64,000 nucleotides of DNA from a virus (lineage: Duplodnaviria > Caudoviricetes). Location of the stretch: positions 1-64,000 of IMG/VR virus record IMGVR_UViG_3300016371_000007, one strand, 5' to 3'. Shown here piece after piece: positions 17,987-27,300 of this stretch (position 1 is the stretch's first letter; each line of letters opens with the position of its first letter). Made by a program: the position numbers and the translations under genes. The notes under the pieces were generated by a model, which saw nothing but the letters and a program-made list of their open reading frames with translations, searched no databases and had not been told where the DNA came from.

Positions 17987-19266
17987 TTTACCTGGGGCCA
18001 AGCCTTCCGATTGGGATAGCCAAAGAAATTCTCCCCGATGCGGTTTATCGCCCACCGGCCCGACAGGCTGACATCGTCAGTGATCTGGCCAGGGTCAAGC
18101 CCACGCACCTCATCCTGATCGACGGCACCTTCAGGGAGAATCTCTCGGTCTGGCATAAGGAGCTAGTGTATGCCCTCCAGTTCCCTGGAGTCCAGGCCGT
18201 CTACGGGGCTGCCAGCATAGGCGCACTCCGGGCCGCCGAGCTGGATTACCTGGGCATGATCGGCCTGGGTAAGATCTACGAATGGTACCGGGATGGAGTG
18301 ACCGAGGACGATGCCGAGGTGGCTGTTAGCTATGCCGAGCACAAAGGCCAGTATCATCTTAACAGTGTGCCGCTAGCCGATATCCGGGCTGGAGTCGAGG
18401 AGCGCGGCGACGATGCCTATTGGTTCCTGGATCGGATGCGTAGCGTGCCATATGCCGAACGCACTCACGATCTATGCGAGCGAGAATGGCAAGTAGAAGC
18501 GCTCCAGCCGAACTATCCTTGTCGGCCCCAGAAACAATTGGACGCCGAGCTGGCTCTCCGGGAGTTCCGGGATCATAAGCCGGAGCCGGTCCATAAGCCA
18601 CAACCCGATGACCTCTCAATGACTTTCGGCGCTCTCTATGAACGGGACCGGCGCATCAATATCAAGGGCGTCCCTATCCCGCAGCAACACCTGGATGCCT
18701 TCGTCCTATTACATAACCCGGAATGGGAAAGGATAACCTGGGATGCTAGCAACCAGGAGCTGGCATTAATGCTCTGCAATTTATTGCACGTTATGGTCAG
18801 CCTGGAAGAGATCGGACGGGAAAGCGCCCGGTTCCAGCAGCGGGCCGGGATCACCACCCAGGAAGAGTTCCACAGCTTCCTAGAGAACAACGGCTGGAAC
18901 ACCCACGAGTTCGACCGGCTGATGATCCGCAATGCCAGGATCCGCAAGCTCCAGCATCACCTAACGGTTTCCAAAGTCTTCAAGCGTAACACCCAGTCGG
19001 TCCTGGATTACTTGCGCACCCACCAGGGATTTGATTTCTGGGCCATCCAGGCGGCCCAGCAAGAGGCGCGACTGGATAATGATGAATGGCTCTCCATCGA
19101 CCTGGAGACTCCCGTGCTCCAGCGGCTCAAGGAGCACCTGGAGAAAGAAGGGATGGAATTCAATATGACCCCTGAAGAGTACCTCCTGGAAACCGGCTTT
19201 AGCAATTTGAATGAGCTGTCCGTAGCTCTCCAACGCACGGCAGCTGGAAAGGAACACAATGTCTAG
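17971..19266 (+). CDS. tfuA: TfuA-like protein (YcaO partner) with C-terminal helical extension
   Basis: VYLGPSL, YRPPARQADI, LIDGTF...SVWHKEL, GAASIGALRAAEL..LGMIGLGKIYEWYRDG..EDDAEVAV, LNSVPLADIR are TfuA core signatures; overlaps ycaO. Confidence 0.92.
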   Translation: MEKVLVYLGPSLPIGIAKEILPDAVYRPPARQADIVSDLARVKPTHLILIDGTFRENLSVWHKELVYALQFPGVQAVYGAASIGALRAAELDYLGMIGLGKIYEWYRDGVTEDDAEVAVSYAEHKGQYHLNSVPLADIRAGVEERGDDAYWFLDRMRSVPYAERTHDLCEREWQVEALQPNYPCRPQKQLDAELALREFRDHKPEPVHKPQPDDLSMTFGALYERDRRINIKGVPIPQQHLDAFVLLHNPEWERITWDASNQELALMLCNLLHVMVSLEEIGRESARFQQRAGITTQEEFHSFLENNGWNTHEFDRLMIRNARIRKLQHHLTVSKVFKRNTQSVLDYLRTHQGFDFWAIQAAQQEARLDNDEWLSIDLETPVLQRLKEHLEKEGMEFNMTPEEYLLETGFSNLNELSVALQRTAAGKEHNV

Positions 19267-21748
19267 CGGTGTAGGTGGCAGTCAACTCACTGGGAATTCC
19301 GGTCAACTCACTACCATCCCTAACCCTGGCGCTGGCAGTACTATTGGCTCGAACGGCCAAGTTTTCTTGTCTGATGGGTCGCCTTTTCTCTTTAATGGAC
19401 AACAAGTATTTGCAGGCGCGAATGGGACATTCACGACGACGGCTCCTAGCAGCACATCCGCTGCGACGACTCAAAGTCAGGGGATGCAGCCGAACTTCCA
19501 GGTAAGTAACGCCTACGTTGGTAATCCACTCTATTCCCCCTCGCAGACTGGTGCCGCGTTAATGGGCCAGCAGATGATGGTTAATCCCAATCCATCACAG
19601 CAACCGATCTCTAGCCAAAGCGGCATCTATTCTGGCCCGCAAACCCCGACGCTCTCGAGCGGGGTCCCGGCTATACCACAAGGGCCATGGAGCCATGTGC
19701 CCGGACTGATAGGAGGCATGGCTCCCCAAGGCCAAGTAGGTCCTGCCTCGCTTGCCGCCAATCCTCAAAACGTCTGGAATGTTCCTAAGCCTAGCACCAC
19801 CACCATCACGCCGACCGCACCTTATGGCGGCGTCTCCAGTGCCACTTCTTCTCCCAGCCCCTTTGCTACTCCACCAGCAGCGCCATCCATCAATTACTCG
19901 TCCACAGGACTACCGCCGCCAACAGCTCCGACACCAAATATGCAGCCGCAATCACGGGCATTGGGTCTCACGCCATTGAATGCAGCCAGTAATTATGTCA
20001 CTAACGCGACCACCCCAGGAACCAGCGCCGGATTCCTTGCCTTAGGAGCGGCGACCAAACACATGGCCGCCGGTGGCCGGGTGAGACGAGATCAGCAAAA
20101 CCAACCGCCCCCGCCCATACAGGTTGGACCGCAGCCAGGGCCGATCAATATGCCAGCTGCCGGACCACCGCCGAATATCCCGGTGGGAACGCCGATTAAC
20201 CCTGCCGCTTTTGCACCTGGAGGGCAGTACGGAGCACCGCTAGCACCGGGCATGGCCCCTCCCCCTGTCGCACCTCCGGTTAATAATCCCAACTTCCAGA
20301 TGCCGCCTGGGTTCGCGCCAGGACAAAACTTACTGGGAGCGCTTCCTGGAGGTAATGTGCCACCGCCGAACCCCATGGGACCGGGACCCCAATTCATGGG
20401 TCAGCTGCCAGGAGGGATGATAGGACCCCAAGCCACTCCAGGAATCAAGCTGCGGCAATCCGGCGGCCCGATCCAGAAGGACGATGACGAGACTTACTTC
20501 GGAGGTCAACCCTCGCCAGCAGCTAGCCCAACCCCGACTCCGAAAACTAGCCCAACTCCCAAACCGACTCCGGTCCCGCCTGCGAAATGGCAAACCACCA
20601 TCGCGGGCCAGCCGGTAGAAGATCAGCCATACCAGCAGAAGGCAGCCGGTGGCAAGGTTGACACTGACACAGTGCCTGCCATGCTCACCCCCGGCGAATA
20701 TGTAATCAATAAAGATGCAGCTGAGAACATCGGTAAAGAGAAGCTGGATGAACTTAACCAGAAAGGTAAGTCCAAGAAGTTAGGTGATGGGCTGTACCCT
20801 CAACACCTACAAGCTGGCGGGGACGTTCAAGATTTAGACAACTTGTCTACCAACTATGCGATGAATCAGTTCAACGCCGCACAGCAGACCATGCTGCAAG
20901 CTATGCTGCGTCAGAACCCGCAAACCCAATACAGCCAAAATGCACCTTCGAGTTCCAGTAATCCGTTATTTCAGCGGTTCCTTACGCTGAAGCAGCAATT
21001 CGTCGCTAATCGTCTAGGCACTCAGTACGGTCCAGGGCAACAAGCGGCAGCTCAGAAAAAAGCTCAATCTTCTGTCCCTCAGACAATTGGAGCACAGACG
21101 ACAGCCACCCAGCGTCCATCGACTCCACAGCAAGGGACTCCACAGCAAGGTTTCCCAGGCGTTGGCGGCAATATGTATGGCGGCGGCGGCGGCGGGATGC
21201 CGCCCGGAACGCTTCCCGGCCAGGGAACTTACCTGCCAGCGGCCCAGCAAACACCAAACTATCCCGGCAATATGACTCAATGGCTGGCCCAGTTTGGCCA
21301 TACTCCACAGGGACAAACATGGCTGGCCAACAATCAGAATAATCCCGCTGCACAGGCTTATATAAGATCGCTCTCAAGTGCTACTGGGCCGGGGAGCCCT
21401 TTGTACGGGAACCCGCAAGGCATGCAGGTAGGACCAGCTAATCCAGGGATCGCTAGCCCAACTGCAACGGCGCAGACCGCTGGTGATTATGCGGCAGGAG
21501 CTGCGAATCCGGCAAGCGGAACAATGAATTTAGGCCAAGCACCAGCGGCTCCAAACTTTAATGTAGCAGCCACCATTGCAGGCGCAGGCCAGAATGTCGC
21601 CCAAGCCTGGAGCAATTACGGGAAATCGGTCGGCAGCTGGAATCCGATCCCAGCCGGAAGCTGGGCAAACGCAATGTATTACGAAAACCCGGAGATAGCT
21701 CATTACTATCAGTATATGCAGCCCTTCCAGGAGTATCAGATCGTTTAA
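19259..21748 (+). CDS. low-complexity internal virion / ejection protein
   Basis: 829 aa, P/G/Q/A-rich; contains AGGKV.TDTVPAMLTPGEYVINKDAAENIG, a motif common in virion proteins; four xxGGx[VI] repeats. Confidence 0.6.
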   Translation: MSSGVGGSQLTGNSGQLTTIPNPGAGSTIGSNGQVFLSDGSPFLFNGQQVFAGANGTFTTTAPSSTSAATTQSQGMQPNFQVSNAYVGNPLYSPSQTGAALMGQQMMVNPNPSQQPISSQSGIYSGPQTPTLSSGVPAIPQGPWSHVPGLIGGMAPQGQVGPASLAANPQNVWNVPKPSTTTITPTAPYGGVSSATSSPSPFATPPAAPSINYSSTGLPPPTAPTPNMQPQSRALGLTPLNAASNYVTNATTPGTSAGFLALGAATKHMAAGGRVRRDQQNQPPPPIQVGPQPGPINMPAAGPPPNIPVGTPINPAAFAPGGQYGAPLAPGMAPPPVAPPVNNPNFQMPPGFAPGQNLLGALPGGNVPPPNPMGPGPQFMGQLPGGMIGPQATPGIKLRQSGGPIQKDDDETYFGGQPSPAASPTPTPKTSPTPKPTPVPPAKWQTTIAGQPVEDQPYQQKAAGGKVDTDTVPAMLTPGEYVINKDAAENIGKEKLDELNQKGKSKKLGDGLYPQHLQAGGDVQDLDNLSTNYAMNQFNAAQQTMLQAMLRQNPQTQYSQNAPSSSSNPLFQRFLTLKQQFVANRLGTQYGPGQQAAAQKKAQSSVPQTIGAQTTATQRPSTPQQGTPQQGFPGVGGNMYGGGGGGMPPGTLPGQGTYLPAAQQTPNYPGNMTQWLAQFGHTPQGQTWLANNQNNPAAQAYIRSLSSATGPGSPLYGNPQGMQVGPANPGIASPTATAQTAGDYAAGAANPASGTMNLGQAPAAPNFNVAATIAGAGQNVAQAWSNYGKSVGSWNPIPAGSWANAMYYENPEIAHYYQYMQPFQEYQIV

Positions 21749-21762
21749 GAGAAAGGTAATTT

Positions 21763-24399
21763 ATGGCAGGCGGTGTAGGTGATACTAGCAGTGTACCTGA
21801 GCATGGCCCGATCCAGGCGCAATACTGGCCGCAGACACATGTTACCCAGCTTGGCCCGATCAACAGACTGGAGCCGGTTAACTGGATGGATAGCTTGGGC
21901 CTAGCGGCCCGCGAGGCTGGCAAGCAGCTGATGACGAGCATGGCAAATCCCGCCGTCAGAGAGGCGGCTCGTGCGGAGGCGATGCGTGCTCAAGCCGAGC
22001 AAAAACTCGCGCAATACTACCGGGATAATCCCATGATGCTTCGCCGGTACGGTTCAATGGGAAGCGGCGGCCTTACCACCCTAGCGAAAGCTCAATCCGG
22101 TGTCCTTGGTTACGTGGGTGACACGGATATCATGCCGACTCAGACGAATGACGCCCCGGCAGCCCCGAGTCAGACTGGAGGAGACGGAAGCGCAGAGGCC
22201 GAAAAGACCACTAAGGCATTGAAACCGGGACCAAGGCCCGGAACGGAAGAGACCCCAGCAGATGGCGACCAGAGTGACCAGAACAAGGATACCAGCAAGC
22301 CATTTGGAAGCACTACGAATTTTGGCGGCGTTTCCAATGTGCCAGCTGCACCTCAGACCATGGATGATCTGGACAGCCGGATCCGGGTGGCTGTGGCGGA
22401 TGTGATGAACAATCCCACGGCCTATCTCAATCCGGGTGGGGCGGCTCAGTATCCGAGCCAGCCTTGGTATGGAAGCCAGGGAGGACAGGTACCACAGAGA
22501 CTGGCTGATGGCGGCCAAGTGCAGCAAGCACCACAGCAGGACCAAGATAATCAGAACTTTCAGCCATCACCTTTTGTGTCCCCCGCACTCCAACAAGCAG
22601 CCGGTGGCGATCCGCAAAAAGAGCTGGCACTCCTCCGGCAATGGCAAGGCACCCAGCAGGCTAATTTGCACCCCGTCATTCCGGCTAGCGCTGTTAAAGC
22701 GGCACTGAAAGAAGGAGTACACACCGGAGTCACGGATGTGGTTTACAATCAGGGCGCTGGCCCAGGCGCACAGCCTAGTTACACCGTATACACCAAGAAC
22801 CCACAAGGACAGGGGACTACTGCGCAGACTCTGCCGCTCACCCAGGTAGCGAAATTCTTCCCGCATCTGGCTTCGGGCAGCAATATGAGTCTGGCCATGA
22901 GCGGGGCAGATATGCAACAAGGGACGCCACCGGGCATGGGAACTCCTCCGGCACCCGTTGCGCCGACAGGAGGTGCCGGAGCTGCACCAGGAGCTACAGC
23001 CGGGTTTAACGCGGGCGCTCCTTCTGCCCCAGGTGCTTTAACAGGCGGGATTCAAGGAGCTGGCCAGAATCCGAATGACGTGGTTAATCAACAGATTCAC
23101 CAGATGGTGGCCGACAGGATCCTGCATCCCGAAAATCTCCTGGTTGATAACACACCAGCCGGGAACCCGAATAATGCGACCACTAACACCTCTAATGTAG
23201 TTAAAACCAACCCAAGCAATTTCCTCGACAGCTGGCGATCTAAGGATTCAACCACTGATCCCAATCCGCCGCCGATAATGAATCCGCAAGGGATTGCAGA
23301 CGTGCAGCGGCAGAATGCAGCTCACCAGAAAGAAGGCTGGGATAAGGCCCAGGACGCAAATGACGGAAGTGGGGTCAATAAGATTGCAGCGGTACAATAT
23401 GACGGAGCTGGAGGGCAACATTTCTGGTTCCACGATACCCGTTCTAACATCAGCAGCGTGCCATTCCTGGTCTATAGCGATACCGGGTATAGCCAGATCA
23501 GGATGCCGCTCGATGGCCAGGGCCACACTATGGAGGTGATGCTGCCGGACTGGCAGATCAAAGAGAATCTTTCAAAGATGGGGATCAATCCTGAGGGCTG
23601 GTCACACAATCAGATGGTGGCCGCAGTCCAACAAGAGATCTATAACAACACCCACGGCGATTTCCCTCTGGCTACCCGGAATAAACTCGAGACCGAGTTA
23701 AATCAAACCCTCCAATCTCAGCGAGGTATTGATGCCATCACCGAACTGAACAAGCATAACCAGCCTGGAGATCCAGCCGGAAGTGGCTGGAGTATCATCC
23801 AGCGGGCTCGAGCGTACATCGATCAGAACTCGAATCTGATGGCTGGCTGGCCCCAAGCCCAACAATGGGTGACAGCCATCCAGCACGCCCTGGGCAATGC
23901 CCCTGCGCCTGCGGCATTGGTGGCGCTCCAGGATGCAATGACCCAGTTAACTGATGAAAGTCGGTTGGGTCCTGAGGAAAAGGAGGGACTACCTCCTCTG
24001 AGCTTCGACAATTACCTATTGCCTCGCCTAATCCAGTATAACCATACGATGGCGGCACGTCTTAGTCGGCAGATCTCAAGCTCTCTCAATAACAACGAAA
24101 AGATCGATGCTTCCTATCTGAAGGTAGGCAGAGGATTACGTGAGAATGGACGTGTCCCCGACACGGGACTTAGCATGGAAGCTCTCGATAAAATAACCCG
24201 GTCCAAACCGGGGACAGCTATGCCGAGCCCAACTGCGAGCCCCACTCCAGAACCAGTCTTGCAGGCGCAGCCTAACGCTACCCCGCTGGATACCCGCAAC
24301 ATGACCCAGGAGGAGATGAATAAGGCGCTTAGGAAACAGCCTTTGGGCAGCAAGTTCATCGACGGTCAAGGTCTAAAGATCCTCAGAAAATACCCGTAA
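21763..24399 (+). CDS. internal virion / ejection protein
   Basis: 878 aa, low complexity, contains LADGGQV; TAATG coupling to the giant gene. Confidence 0.6.
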   Translation: MAGGVGDTSSVPEHGPIQAQYWPQTHVTQLGPINRLEPVNWMDSLGLAAREAGKQLMTSMANPAVREAARAEAMRAQAEQKLAQYYRDNPMMLRRYGSMGSGGLTTLAKAQSGVLGYVGDTDIMPTQTNDAPAAPSQTGGDGSAEAEKTTKALKPGPRPGTEETPADGDQSDQNKDTSKPFGSTTNFGGVSNVPAAPQTMDDLDSRIRVAVADVMNNPTAYLNPGGAAQYPSQPWYGSQGGQVPQRLADGGQVQQAPQQDQDNQNFQPSPFVSPALQQAAGGDPQKELALLRQWQGTQQANLHPVIPASAVKAALKEGVHTGVTDVVYNQGAGPGAQPSYTVYTKNPQGQGTTAQTLPLTQVAKFFPHLASGSNMSLAMSGADMQQGTPPGMGTPPAPVAPTGGAGAAPGATAGFNAGAPSAPGALTGGIQGAGQNPNDVVNQQIHQMVADRILHPENLLVDNTPAGNPNNATTNTSNVVKTNPSNFLDSWRSKDSTTDPNPPPIMNPQGIADVQRQNAAHQKEGWDKAQDANDGSGVNKIAAVQYDGAGGQHFWFHDTRSNISSVPFLVYSDTGYSQIRMPLDGQGHTMEVMLPDWQIKENLSKMGINPEGWSHNQMVAAVQQEIYNNTHGDFPLATRNKLETELNQTLQSQRGIDAITELNKHNQPGDPAGSGWSIIQRARAYIDQNSNLMAGWPQAQQWVTAIQHALGNAPAPAALVALQDAMTQLTDESRLGPEEKEGLPPLSFDNYLLPRLIQYNHTMAARLSRQISSSLNNNEKIDASYLKVGRGLRENGRVPDTGLSMEALDKITRSKPGTAMPSPTASPTPEPVLQAQPNATPLDTRNMTQEEMNKALRKQPLGSKFIDGQGLKILRKYP

Positions 24400-27300
24400 T
24401 GGATCGGCCATTCCAGACTGGCGGCCCGGTGGCCAAGGATCCGCCCCCAGCTCCGACCCCGGACCTCGACCAACATTGGATGGATATGGCGAGAGTGGCT
24501 GGCTGGCCGGAAAATGAAATTCAGATAGCTACTCAGCGAGGACTTTTGAAAAGCCCAGATTTCCAGCAAGAAGTACTAAGGCATTACAACTGGAAACAGC
24601 TCCACGAAATGACTCCATCGCCTGGAATGATGGAGCATGCACCAGCACCGCCGCCAGCACCAGTACCGACTGCAACTCCAACACCGAGTGATGATGAATC
24701 TTCTGGCATTGTAATGATGTCAGACACTGGGACCGGAAAGACGATGATATCGAATGAGGACGATATTAATCGTGGAGCGATTGAGCAGACGAAAGGTTAT
24801 GGCAATCCTTCCTTGAAAGAGTCAATCCACAGCGGCAAAGGCGGCTGGCTCCCGGAGGCAATCCGGCACCCGGAACGCTACGGCTACGCGGAAGGCGGCC
24901 CAGTCAATGCGCCCGCAACTGCTTCCGGGGAATACGCTGGCTCCGATACTCCGCAGCCAGCTTCTACTCCCACTACTCCGTCTCCCCAGACAATCCAGGC
25001 TGCCCAGCAGACTCCGGCCCAGCCGGTAGCTCAGCCCACTCCGACCCAGCCGATAGCGTCAGCCGATGTAGGCGAGATAGTTCCACAGAATCAGCAGAAT
25101 GCTCCGGTCGCAGCCCCGGATGTGGGCTCAAACGAAGAAGAGACCGTCAATGACATCGTCAAAGAGTACGGGACTAAGGCCCACATCAACGAAGGCTATT
25201 CCCATGGCCAGCTGACTAAGCCCATAGCCGTAGCCGCCATGGCAAAGATCGACGCCAACTATCAGGCAGCCGATGACGCGACAAAAAAGGCCATGGCGCA
25301 AGCCGAGCATGATGCCGAGACAGGGCAGAACAGTAAAGCGCCTGTCGCGGGCAGTGATATCGGAGAGAAGGTAATACCAGACACGGTGCCGGTGATCTCC
25401 CAGGAAAGTGGTGGGCAACGCTTTGGCCAAACCATGGCCCAGGAGTTCCTGGGGCAGCAGACACCAATAGGAGACGCTGCCCGCGCTTACCTGCAAGAGC
25501 AGCATACTCCTGATGAGATCCAGGCGGCCATGGGCAAGTTCCAGGAGGCCCAAAATCTCCTCTTACGCCAGTACAGAATTTCAGATCCTAAGACTCAGAT
25601 CGATCTCCAGCGCCAAATCAGATCCCTTCTAACTGATCTCGTACCGGACTACATGGCGCTCCGATCTGGACAAGCTGGGTGGGAAGCTGAATACGGCGGC
25701 CAGAAGATCCTCAAAAATATAGGGGCCGTGGGAACCGACATGTTTGGCTCCGGCAAGGTTAAGCCATTTGATCCCAACGGCGATCAGGTCAGTGCTTTCG
25801 AGCGCACTCCAGAGCAAGATGCTAACCGGCTGGATGCAGGAAAGAAAGCCTATGACGACTACATAGCTTCGACCACGATTGTCCCTAAGAACGTGGCCGA
25901 GGAGCGCCAGCTGGCTGTCCTCCAAAAGCATGGGATGGCACCCAGCCCGGAAGCTATCGCGGGGGCACCGGAATGGGCTACGGATGCAGGTCTAGCCTTA
26001 GTCGGCTCAGGCCTAGTTCCTGTCTTGGGCATTAACGAATTGGCATTAGAGGGAGTGCCAGAGCTAGAAGCCGCAGGCATGACTGCACGCGGCACCACCT
26101 TGCAAGCTGCCGTCAAAGGTGCGGTCTCGCGAACCGGCGGTGCGTTCAGCCGTGCTGGCGAATGGGCGCAACCTGTGGGGGCGAAATTGGCCGGTAAGAG
26201 CTTCGGCAAGCTTCTGGCGCGAACCGCCGTGGGAGGCACTCTTGGCACTGGCTGGTACATATTTGATCCCTTCACCACCAATAAGCTGGCTCTGCTTGAT
26301 CCATCCAACCCGAAGCATTGGCAAGCACTCATGGAGTATGCGCGAGACGCAGGCATCCCGAGCCTAATCGGCGGCGTGGGTGGCCTCACCCTGAACCGGG
26401 TAGGCTGGGCTAGCAGAATACTTGGCGACACCATGCGTGCGGCTGATGAACAGGCTTTCGTGCCATCGATTCAGGGCCAGTCAATCCGCACGGGGGCATC
26501 GTTCATGCCCCGTGAAGGTATCATGGGAGACATCTTCGGCCCGGAACGGACTGGTCCGGTAAATATCCCTTTCATGGAAGCAGCGCCACGGGGGATCATT
26601 CGCACACCGGCCATACAACTTGGTGGGCGCACACTCCGAAGCGCTATCGAGGCCGCCACTTCTGGCGTCCCTTATTCAGCTCTCACCTCCAAGGATACCG
26701 ATCAATTCTTACAGAACGTAGAAAACTTCGGTTACCTGGGAGCCATCGTCCACGCTCCAGTCAACTTCTGGAACGCGATCAAAGGCACATTCTTTAACCC
26801 TGCCTTTGTAGGCAGAGGCCAGGATCCGAACCGGCCACCGCCCTGGGGTCTGAGTAGCTATGGCGATAGGTACGACAACGTCTCGCGGATGGAGTTCGAC
26901 CGCATGGATAAGAGCCGTCAGAACGCCTTCCTCTATCAACAGGGCTTCGGAGACGCTAACGGGATTAAGACCCATCTTCTGCCTCCCGAGGTGGTAACTG
27001 AGGTTGCCAGGAACCTGGGCCAGGAGACTACACCCAGAGGCTTTACGATTCACAACCCGATCAGCGGGGAGACGCATACCTTCATTTCCAGCGAGCATTA
27101 CGATCCGGCAAGCGGCCATGAGTTTGGCCACAACATCCTGGATACGATGCATCCTACGGATCAGGCCCGGATGATGTTCCTGGCTAGCCGGATCCCGGAT
27201 AGCGAGATGAATGACTTCGTTACCCGGTATGCGAACGAGGCGGATCCAAGTGTTGGTCCGATTACTTTTAGCCAATTGCCAACCGAGTCAGAGATCAAGC

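Noticed and set aside
16712-19266. Azole/azoline RiPP (LAP or thiopeptide) cluster
   Set aside because: No E1/ThiF-like partner, flavin dehydrogenase, lanthipeptide dehydratase or exporter; the YcaO lacks a C-terminal PxP and is paired with TfuA.
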